This document shows, one piece after another, positions 56,744 to 64,000 of a stretch of 64,000 nt of DNA. The DNA comes from Gammaproteobacteria bacterium (GTDB taxonomy: Bacteria; Pseudomonadota; Gammaproteobacteria; Eutrophobiales; Eutrophobiaceae), in NCBI GenBank assembly GCA_016179185.1, contig JACORW010000059.1:1400-65399 (forward strand), written 5' to 3'. The stretch's first letter is position 1; every line of letters starts with the position of its first letter. Both the position numbers and the translations under genes were made by a program. Below the pieces are notes generated by a model, which did no database searches, was not told the DNA's origin, and saw only the letters and a list, made by a program, of their open reading frames with translations.

Positions 56744-57612
56744 GTACCGCCTTTCCCGGGTCGGTTCACGTCTTTGATATTGAGATAGAGGGTCGCGCCA
56801 CCCTCACGGTAACGGTCATCCATGCGGCCGCCGGCACGCAACCCCTCCATGACGTCATGAAGGTACCTCACCGCGTCGGCAGCGGAAGCCGCGTTGATCT
56901 CGAACACTGTCAGGTAGCGCGGCACTGCGATGGGGTCGGTCATGACCACGCGATGCAACTCGTAGCGCGTGGCCCGTCGCACACCCCGGGCCTGCAACAA
57001 GGCCGGCAACAGCGTGCCATCGTACCAGGCGTTGAATTCCCTTCTGGCCCGGACACCGGCGCAGCAATCCACCCTGACCAGGTACAGATAGGGGTTGCCG
57101 TCCGACGACCGGGAGTTTGGCGCGTTCACGCCTGGCGCGAGACGGCGGAAATACAATCGCTCGGTGACTTCGAGCAAATCGGTGGAGCGGCCGGTGTTGT
57201 CCATCTTCCGGGCCAGCAGCAGCATGTTGATGATGGTGCCGTCAATGTCTTCGCTATCGATGTCGTAGAGCGCGACGAACTTGCCCTCGTCCGGTTGCAG
57301 ATCGGCGGACGGAAACTCCGGCACCGCCTGGCCCTGCCCCCGCCGCGCCCGCATGTAGCCAGGAACCGTGAATACGTCCGGCAGATCAATGTCGTCGTAC
57401 CAGTGATTGAATTCTGCTTCGCGCGCCGGATCCTTGTTGTTCGTCACGACCATCATCAACCAGTCCCGGCCCGGCGACGCGGAGTCGCCTGCCCCCGCAA
57501 AAGTCCAGCACGGCAACAACATCCCCAGGCAACAGCGCACAAGGAATTGCGCCACGAATGATTTCCCGGACCGAGAGTGGCGGGGCTGCGTGATCAGCAG
57601 TAAGCGAATCAA
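56740..57612 (-). CDS. exported hypothetical protein with two tandem ferredoxin-like (EthD-like) repeats
   Basis: Internal duplication: EFNHWYDDIDLPDVFTVPGYMRARR versus EFNAWYDGTLLPALLQARGVRRATR. ATGA overlap with the MBL gene. Confidence 0.6.
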   Translation of the reverse strand: MIRLLLITQPRHSRSGKSFVAQFLVRCCLGMLLPCWTFAGAGDSASPGRDWLMMVVTNNKDPAREAEFNHWYDDIDLPDVFTVPGYMRARRGQGQAVPEFPSADLQPDEGKFVALYDIDSEDIDGTIINMLLLARKMDNTGRSTDLLEVTERLYFRRLAPGVNAPNSRSSDGNPYLYLVRVDCCAGVRARREFNAWYDGTLLPALLQARGVRRATRYELHRVVMTDPIAVPRYLTVFEINAASAADAVRYLHDVMEGLRAGGRMDDRYREGGATLYLNIKDVNRPGKGGT

Positions 57613-57646
57613 GATCAGGCTGCGGCCCTGATCCGGCCCGCAGGGA

Positions 57647-60367
57647 CTACTGCCATCGGTAGTTCAGTTCGATGGCCCAGGTAAGCGGGCGCCCGTAGGT
57701 TTTTACGTATCCGCCGACGCCATCAAACGTCGTGCTGACGAGATATTCTTCATCAGCCAGATTCTTGCCGACAAATGCCACGTTCCAGCGCCCATCCTGG
57801 GCGCCAACCTGCATACGGGCATTGAATACACCGTAACTGGGCACCGAGAAAATGGCGGTGTCAACCGGATGTCCCAGCGAACCGGCATGGTTCAGGTCAT
57901 CGCGCCACGAGTAATCGAGCTGCACAACTCCGAGCAGGTCGTACCCCAGCGGACGCTCGTAGCGCCCCTGGATGAAGTAGCTGAATTCAGGGGCATAAAC
58001 ACGATCCAGGCCGTCGTAGGGGATCTCGGTGACGAAGTCCTGGGCGGTGTACGAATCCTCCGACTCGAGCTCCGTATCCAGCAGCGCGAATGCGCCGCTC
58101 AGGCTGAGTCCGGGTAGGGCCTGCGGCAGCCAGGTTAGATCCATCTCGAAACCGAGATGGTCAGCATCCGCTATATTTGTCAGGAACGTCAGCACCGTGC
58201 CGGTCAACGGCAACAATTCGGCGTTGAAACCCTGCACGTCCGAATAGTCGTAATAGAACGCGGCGCCGTTGACGCGCAGGGTACGATCCATCCAGTCGGA
58301 CTTGAAGCCAATCTCGTAGGACCAGACGGTTTCCTCCTGATATGCATCGAGCTGACTCGGGTCAAACGTGAAGCCGCCATAGAAGCCGCCGGACTTGAAC
58401 CCGCGCGTGATCTTTCCGTACAGCAGCAGATCCTCGAATGGCGTGAAATCCACACCCACGTGTCCGGCAAGGACCTTGTCGAGATCGTAGTCGCGGTTCA
58501 CGCCCTGAACCAGCGGGACCGGGAAACCGGCGAAGCTCAGAATATGGAAGCCGTTGCGCAGCGTCTTGTCTTCATTGGTGTAACGCAGCGACCCATGCGC
58601 TTTCCACTCGTCATTGAATTCATATCCGAGTTGCCCGTACAACGCCCAGGAATCCGTTTTTTGCACCAAGCCACGGTGGGCGAGCACGTCCGGCGTGCCG
58701 AAAATGAGCGGGTTGTCCGGAAACGTAAAGAACCGATCCTCGTCCAGTTCGTCCTCGGCGTAGACGAACCCGGCCAGCCACGACCATGGACCGTCGTTGT
58801 TCGAGATCAGGCGCAGTTCCTCGGACCACGATTCAATCGGCGAGTGATTGAGTTCGTGTCCCCCAAAAAGTTGTCCGCCGTCGTAGTCGTAGACCTGCCG
58901 CGTGTCATAATCAATGTATCCGGTGATGGATGTTGTCGTGGCAAAACCCAGATCCCAATCTATGCGCCCGGTTACGGATACCCATTCGTTGTCGAGTGTG
59001 TTGACCGGGTTAGCCAGCACAATCTTGCCGTCGTCGGACTGATCGGAGGCCAGCGGACCCAGGGGCCGCCCCAGCACGGCGTTGGTCAGCGTTGCCCAGT
59101 GCGCGCAGGTGTCGTCGTCCTGGCGCCCCGCCAGTACAGCGGCGCAGATCCCACCGGTCGCCAGGTCATAAATGCCCACGCCCTGGCCCAGCGGCGTTTC
59201 CGAGTTGTCCTCGCCTACATCCGCCTTTATCAAGACAGTGAATCGGTCATTGGGCTTGAACAGCAACTGGCCGCGGAAGGCCCATAGATCGGCCTCGCCC
59301 CAGTTGTCATTGCCTGGTGTCGCCAGCGTGTCCTGATAGCCACCGCCCTGGCTGGTCATCGCTGACGCGCGGAATGCGACACTATTCGTAATCGGCCCAC
59401 CGAATGCCCCTTCGACGTTCCAGGCGTCATAGCGGCCATAGGAACCGGTCACGTAACCGTCATGCCCCTCGAACGATGGCTTCACAGACACGATGCGCAC
59501 GGCGCCGCCGGTGGTGTTCCGACCATACAGTCCGCCCTGCGCGCCCTTCAATACTTCTACGCGTTCGATGTCGTACATGCCGATGCCGCCCATGGCGTTG
59601 GACGTCAGGTAAAACTCGTCGTAGTAGATGGCCGCTGCCGGCGTGTTGTTGGCATTGAAATCGGCAAGTCCGACACCGCGGATAATCCACGTCGGCTGGC
59701 TGGACATGGCGCGGTCGTCAAACAGCGCAACCCCGGGGATATATTCAGTGAGCTGGCGCAGATCGCGTATTGCGAGGTCCTCGATTTGCTGGCCGCCAAA
59801 TGCCGTTATTGCGATTGGCACATCCTGCACGCTCTCCGCGCGCTTTTGCGCGGTGACGATGATTTCCTCCAGTTCCGCGGGGGCCTCCTGTGCGAGACCC
59901 GAGGACACGATAAACACGGAAGCAAGAAAGGCGCTCACACCTCCAAAGAAACTGATTCTGTCATGGGACATGTGCTGGTTCTCCCCGGGCATTTGAAAAT
60001 CGGTCTGATCGGCGATCGTTCTGATCCTCAGTACGCCATCCGGACTGGAGATCGCTTCCAGTCCCGAATTGGCGAGAAGCAGCCGAAGCGCCTCGTCCGC
60101 GTCGTATTCCCCTGTAACTGCATTCGTGGTAAAGCGCAGGAACAGGTCATACGGAAACAGGACCTGCCGCCCGGCCTGCTCGGCGTACAGTTTCAAACCG
60201 TCGGGGGCCGGTGTCTGCGGAATGTCGAACCGCAACGCGGCCGATACGATCGGGCTGACCGCGATCAAGCCGCTGATCAGCAATTCCCGCAATGTCCTGC
60301 GGCGATCACCGCACCACCCACAAAGCAAACCGAACAGGGCACAATGAGGGGAAGACCTGTGTGCCAC
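57647..60367 (-). CDS. TonB-dependent transducer (STN signalling domain + plug + barrel)
   Basis: 906 aa. STN-like FDIPQTPAPDGLKLYAEQAGRQVLF. Plug start EEIIVTAQKRAESVQDVP. The barrel runs to ...LNYRWQ. An internal ATG at 59971 begins a signal-peptide-like segment. Confidence 0.88.
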   Translation of the reverse strand: MAHRSSPHCALFGLLCGWCGDRRRTLRELLISGLIAVSPIVSAALRFDIPQTPAPDGLKLYAEQAGRQVLFPYDLFLRFTTNAVTGEYDADEALRLLLANSGLEAISSPDGVLRIRTIADQTDFQMPGENQHMSHDRISFFGGVSAFLASVFIVSSGLAQEAPAELEEIIVTAQKRAESVQDVPIAITAFGGQQIEDLAIRDLRQLTEYIPGVALFDDRAMSSQPTWIIRGVGLADFNANNTPAAAIYYDEFYLTSNAMGGIGMYDIERVEVLKGAQGGLYGRNTTGGAVRIVSVKPSFEGHDGYVTGSYGRYDAWNVEGAFGGPITNSVAFRASAMTSQGGGYQDTLATPGNDNWGEADLWAFRGQLLFKPNDRFTVLIKADVGEDNSETPLGQGVGIYDLATGGICAAVLAGRQDDDTCAHWATLTNAVLGRPLGPLASDQSDDGKIVLANPVNTLDNEWVSVTGRIDWDLGFATTTSITGYIDYDTRQVYDYDGGQLFGGHELNHSPIESWSEELRLISNNDGPWSWLAGFVYAEDELDEDRFFTFPDNPLIFGTPDVLAHRGLVQKTDSWALYGQLGYEFNDEWKAHGSLRYTNEDKTLRNGFHILSFAGFPVPLVQGVNRDYDLDKVLAGHVGVDFTPFEDLLLYGKITRGFKSGGFYGGFTFDPSQLDAYQEETVWSYEIGFKSDWMDRTLRVNGAAFYYDYSDVQGFNAELLPLTGTVLTFLTNIADADHLGFEMDLTWLPQALPGLSLSGAFALLDTELESEDSYTAQDFVTEIPYDGLDRVYAPEFSYFIQGRYERPLGYDLLGVVQLDYSWRDDLNHAGSLGHPVDTAIFSVPSYGVFNARMQVGAQDGRWNVAFVGKNLADEEYLVSTTFDGVGGYVKTYGRPLTWAIELNYRWQ

Positions 60368-60376
60368 AGAAATCTG

Positions 60377-61444
60377 CTAGTGCGCCCGGGCGACTCTCTG
60401 CAACTCGAAGCTGTCGGCACCGATCTGCCGCACTTCAATGGCAAAATTCTGCTTCAGCGAGGTCAGCAGGCCGGCGATATTGTCCGAGCGGAAGTAGCCG
60501 CCGACCCGGATTGCAGCCGTTTCCGCGTCGGCAATCCGGATCTTGAGCGGTGTGTAGCGGCTGTATTCGTCCACAACCTCCTGCAGCGTATTGCCATCGA
60601 AGGCCAGTATCTTCTGTTGCCACAACAGCTTGCGTGCGATGGCCTGGGGCTCTATCTCCCGTACTTCCTCCACCCCCGGCTTGCTGAACTGGGCCACCTG
60701 CCCGGCTCGCAACATTACCGGCTCGAACCGTGCTGCAGGGTCCCCGGGAAACGAGGCGTTGTCCCGCTTGACCTGCACCAGTCCCTCGGCAACTGTTACC
60801 TCGACACTGTCGCCCAGCTTTTGCACGCTGAACGCGGTCCCCATTGCGGAGATCTCCGTGCCGTCCACGGTGACGACAAAAGGCGCCTGCTCGTCGCGCG
60901 CCACATCGAAGTACGCCTCTCCCTGCAACAGCAGAATGCTGCGGCGGGATGGAGAGATTTCCACCTGAATGCGCGTTGCCGTATTCAGATTGATCACCGT
61001 GCCGTCCCCGAGTTGCACCACGTCGTTGGCACCGATCCGGGTCTCGTGGATTTGCGGCCCGGCGGGCCGGAGGACCGCAGCAGTGACTGCCGCAGGGATG
61101 GTACCGGGCACAGCCGGCGGACGCATGAACAGGGCGATCCCCAACATGGCCAACCCCGCTGCCAGCGCCGGCAACACCATGCGACCCAACACGGCGCGGC
61201 GCGGAACCGGATTTTCCAGGCTGAGGACTTCCGACAGACCCGCCAGCACCTCCATCCGATCCCAGACCCGCGCTGTTTCCAGCAGGATCCGGCGGTGATA
61301 GTCCGAACGGCCGGCCCATTCCCTCAAACTGCGCGCCTCGTCCGGGGTCAAGGGACCGTTCTCCAGGCGCACGACCCATGCAGCCGCCTGTTCCTGCAAC
61401 AATTCGCGGCGCGTGAAACCCAGGATCCTGTTACGACTTGCCAT
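60377..61444 (-). CDS. FecR-family anti-sigma factor / sensor
   Basis: 355 aa. N-terminal anti-sigma region (AAAWVVRLENGPLTPDE), one TM helix and a periplasmic FecR domain (GEAYFDVA). Confidence 0.88.
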   Translation of the reverse strand: MASRNRILGFTRRELLQEQAAAWVVRLENGPLTPDEARSLREWAGRSDYHRRILLETARVWDRMEVLAGLSEVLSLENPVPRRAVLGRMVLPALAAGLAMLGIALFMRPPAVPGTIPAAVTAAVLRPAGPQIHETRIGANDVVQLGDGTVINLNTATRIQVEISPSRRSILLLQGEAYFDVARDEQAPFVVTVDGTEISAMGTAFSVQKLGDSVEVTVAEGLVQVKRDNASFPGDPAARFEPVMLRAGQVAQFSKPGVEEVREIEPQAIARKLLWQQKILAFDGNTLQEVVDEYSRYTPLKIRIADAETAAIRVGGYFRSDNIAGLLTSLKQNFAIEVRQIGADSFELQRVARAH

Positions 61445-62000
61445 CTTTCCTTACACCTCCGCGGCCATCCATGGTTCCACCCAGATATCCCCTTTCTTGC
61501 AGGTAAACCGTGCACCGCGCCAGGCCCTTGGCCAAATGCTGGTTCGCGGTGCTGATCGCGATATTCAGCCTTTCGGCAATCTCTTCATGGGACAGACCGT
61601 AGACCTTTTTCAGGATCAGCACCCGCCGGCACTGCGGCGGCAGCGCCTGCACGGCTTCAAAGAATATGCTCAATTGCTCATGAACTTCGTACTGCGCATC
61701 GAGGGCAGTCTTCTCGTCCATGACCTCTGACAGGCCGAAATCTTCTAGTTGTCCCGTGATCTTGTTGGCATGCAGGGCCAGGTGTTTCAAAGCCAGGTTT
61801 CGTGCCGTCACGAAAAAATATGCCCTGGGATCCAGTATGGGTGACTTCCCGTCTGCCTCCAGCACACGCACATACACTTCCTGAGCGATGTCGTCGACAT
61901 CCTCCGGCCGCCTCAGATAGCGGCGGATCACCGACTTCAGGGCCGCACGGCACTCGAAATAAATCGCTTCCAGCCTGGATCTGGATGTACCTGAGTCCAT
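61431..62000 (-). CDS. ECF (sigma-70 group IV) sigma factor, FecI-like
   Basis: 189 aa. Region 2 DVDDIAQEVYVRV and region 4 LSHEEIAERLNIAISTANQHL. 14-nt overlap with fecR-like gene. Confidence 0.88.
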   Translation of the reverse strand: MDSGTSRSRLEAIYFECRAALKSVIRRYLRRPEDVDDIAQEVYVRVLEADGKSPILDPRAYFFVTARNLALKHLALHANKITGQLEDFGLSEVMDEKTALDAQYEVHEQLSIFFEAVQALPPQCRRVLILKKVYGLSHEEIAERLNIAISTANQHLAKGLARCTVYLQERGYLGGTMDGRGGVRKDGKS

Positions 62001-62068
62001 GAACTCATATTAGCAGGATGATGTAAGCCGCAGCGCGCAAAGAAGACGCTGCATCGGGGAACCACGGG

Positions 62069-62446
62069 TCACTCGAACAGCCCGAACAGCGCGATACGCC
62101 ACTCATTCAACGCCGGACCCGGCGGTGTCGTGAACTCGATGCCGGCGTTGTACCGGCCTGGCGTACCCCCTCCGGCATCATTCACGGCGCGGCACCATGC
62201 CACACGCCCGCTGTGCTGGAAGCGTTGTCCGTCGCGCCGCAACTGCACCTCCAGCATCACGCTGTCGTTGACTTGCAGCACAAACGTCAGTTCCAGCCGC
62301 GCGCCGCGCAATGAAATGTCGCCGCTGCCGCAAGGAGTGGCGTCATCCGCCACGGGCCCGCCGGCCACAACGAGCAGGGAAACAGTGATTACAGCTTCGG
62401 CCGGAAAGCGCGTATCGCGGCGTTTTTCCGCGTGTTGTTCCGTCAC
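62069..62446 (-). CDS. PilZ-domain protein
   Basis: 125 aa. EKRRDTRF (RxxxR) and DISLRGA (D/NxSxxG) c-di-GMP-binding motifs. Confidence 0.7.
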   Translation of the reverse strand: MTEQHAEKRRDTRFPAEAVITVSLLVVAGGPVADDATPCGSGDISLRGARLELTFVLQVNDSVMLEVQLRRDGQRFQHSGRVAWCRAVNDAGGGTPGRYNAGIEFTTPPGPALNEWRIALFGLFE

Positions 62447-62544
62447 CTTAGGTTTGTCCCGCTGATCGAGGTGAATGCCGGGCGGCGCGCATATCGCCGG
62501 CGTGCCATGGGCGGCCGTCGGAATGAATACGAATTACCGGAATT

Positions 62545-63981
62545 TCAATATCGGTAGGCGTCGGACTTGTACGGTCCTGCCACCGGCACGCCCAGATACT
62601 CCGCCTGGGCGACCGTCAGCGTTTCGAGTCGCGCGCCGAGTTTCTTAAGGTGCAGGCGCGCGACCTTCTCGTCCAGTTTCTTCGACAGCGTGTGCACGCC
62701 CAGCGGGTAGTCCTGGGTGCGGTTGAACAGTTCGATCTGGGCGATGGTCTGGTTCGTGAAGCTGCTGGACATCACGAAACTCGGATGCCCGGTGGCGCAA
62801 CCGAGGTTCACGAGCCGGCCCTCGGCCAGCAACAGGATGCGCCGGCCGTTCGGCAGCGTGATCTGGTCCACCTGCGGCTTGATGTTGGTCCATTTGTAGA
62901 TGCGCAGCGGCTCCACCTGGATCTCGTTGTCGAAGTGGCCGATGTTGCAGACGATGGCGAGATCCTTCATCTGCTCGATGTGCCGCGCGGTAATCACGTC
63001 GCAACAGCCGGTGGCGGTAACGAAGATGTCCCCGATCCGGCACGCCTCGTCCATCGTCATCACCTCGTAGCCTTCCATGGACGCCTGCAACGCGCAGATC
63101 GGATCAATCTCGGTGACGATGACGCGCGCCGCCTGCCCGCGCAACGACTGGCATGATCCCTTGCCCACGTCGCCGTACCCGGCGACCACCGCGATCTTGC
63201 CCGCAATCATCACGTCGGTGGCGCGCATGATGCCGTCCACCAGTGAATGGCGGCAGCCGTAGAGATTGTCGAATTTGGACTTGGTGACGGAATCGTTGAC
63301 GTTGATGGCGGGAAACAGCAGTTCGCCGCGCTTCGCCATCTGGTAGAGCCGGTGCACGCCGGTGGTGGTCTCCTCGGTGACGCCGCGGATGTCCCTGACG
63401 AGGCGATGGAAGCGATTCGGGTCGCGGGCCAGCGATTTCTTCAATTGCGAAAGCAGGAATCCCTCCTCCACGCTGCCCGGCTTGCGCTGCAGGATCTTCG
63501 GATCATCTTCCGCGCGATAGCCAAGGTGCACGAACAGCGTGGCATCGCCGCCGTCGTCCAGGATCATGTTGGGACCGAGCCCCTTGCCCCACTCCAGCAA
63601 CCGGTCGGTGAACTGCCAGTATTCCGCCAGGGTCTCGCCCTTGTAGGCGAACACCGGCGTGCCACCGGCCGCGATCGCCGCGGCCGCGTGGTCCTGGGTC
63701 GAGTAGATGTTGCAACTGACCCAGCGGACTTCGGCGCCGAGGGCCTTCAGGGTTTCGATCAACACGGCCGTCTGGATGGTCATGTGCAGAGAGCCGCTGA
63801 TGCGCGCGCCCTTCAGCGGCTTCGATCGTCCGTACTCGGTGCGCACCGCCATCAATCCGGGCATCTCGTGTTCCGCGAGCGTTATCTCCTTGCGCCCGAA
63901 TTCCGCAAGGCCGATGTCCCTGACGAAATAATCCGGCCGTGCCTTGATCTTTGCAACCTTTGCCTTGCCCATTTCTCCCAA
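62545..63981 (-). CDS. ahcY: adenosylhomocysteinase
   Basis: 478 aa. [36 protein letters not shown] and [13 protein letters not shown] fold. Confidence 0.96.
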   Translation of the reverse strand: MGEMGKAKVAKIKARPDYFVRDIGLAEFGRKEITLAEHEMPGLMAVRTEYGRSKPLKGARISGSLHMTIQTAVLIETLKALGAEVRWVSCNIYSTQDHAAAAIAAGGTPVFAYKGETLAEYWQFTDRLLEWGKGLGPNMILDDGGDATLFVHLGYRAEDDPKILQRKPGSVEEGFLLSQLKKSLARDPNRFHRLVRDIRGVTEETTTGVHRLYQMAKRGELLFPAINVNDSVTKSKFDNLYGCRHSLVDGIMRATDVMIAGKIAVVAGYGDVGKGSCQSLRGQAARVIVTEIDPICALQASMEGYEVMTMDEACRIGDIFVTATGCCDVITARHIEQMKDLAIVCNIGHFDNEIQVEPLRIYKWTNIKPQVDQITLPNGRRILLLAEGRLVNLGCATGHPSFVMSSSFTNQTIAQIELFNRTQDYPLGVHTLSKKLDEKVARLHLKKLGARLETLTVAQAEYLGVPVAGPYKSDAYRY

Positions 63982-64000
63982 CTCCTCGTCTTAGATGGTC

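Noticed and set aside
49494-57650. Genomic island or prophage integrated at tRNA-Gln.
   Set aside because: No integrase, excisionase, phage or conjugation genes are present, and no matching distal att copy lies beyond 49915 within the window. Codon usage of the downstream genes looks host-like by eye. I kept only the att-like triplication as an observation.
3373-61555. Very long ORFs antisense to well-supported genes: 3373..5121 (vs pckG), 5459..6817 (vs MFS), 13426..15405 (vs gltB), 21339..22553 (vs APH-like), 24200..26056 (vs uvrA), 49711..51441, 54007..55761 (vs amidohydrolase) and 59462..61555 (vs receptor/fecR).
   Set aside because: Their products are Arg/Pro/Gly/His-rich low-complexity strings with no recognisable motifs, as expected for the reverse frame of GC-rich genes. 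The opposite-strand ORFs carry clear family signatures, signal peptides and sensible start contexts.
62001-62068. Fur box upstream of the FecI-like sigma factor gene.
   Set aside because: I found no sequence resembling GATAATGATAATCATTATC in the 68-nt spacer. The absence is used only as a weak argument that the locus is not iron-regulated.

Overview
GC-rich chromosomal segment from a proteobacterium, probably a gammaproteobacterium. This is suggested by the gene orders lgt-thyA, rplM-rpsI, divergent uvrA/ssb and gltBD. I support about 50 protein genes, one tRNA-Gln and no rRNA, CRISPR array, transposase or integrase. All coordinates were indexed by hand from the printed sequence, and alternative start codons are noted where relevant.

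Housekeeping genes dominate: thyA (partial), lgt, pckG, gltBD, glgC, uvrA, ssb, pyk, zapE, rmuC, oxyR, coq7, rplM, rpsI and ahcY.

Features that stand out:
1. Two families of hairpin elements have arms built from tandem heptamers (GCNACAA/TTGTNGC and GTGAAAA/TTTTCAC), with nine copies in 64 kb. One copy carries a four-helix-bundle (23S rRNA IVS-protein family) gene between rpsI and tRNA-Gln, the same topology as an rRNA intervening sequence but outside rRNA.
2. A 347-codon LAGLIDADG intein sits exactly inside the CxxxCxxC iron-sulfur motif of a PA0069-type radical SAM protein.
3. Six FNR/Anr-type boxes lie at 15.7-22.7 kb in front of a stress and dormancy gene set.
4. The last 19 nt of tRNA-Gln are repeated three times, with conserved hairpin-rich spacer modules and no integrase.
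5. An ECF sigma / anti-sigma / TonB-dependent transducer operon is followed by a run of exported hydrolases. The transducer has a second, internal signal-peptide-like segment.
6. A low-GC sulfatase gene appears to be a single-gene insertion.
7. Several further REP/MITE-like repeat families are present. Some supply the last codons or the 5' end of neighbouring genes.

Many long ORFs antisense to real genes are GC-content artefacts and were rejected.
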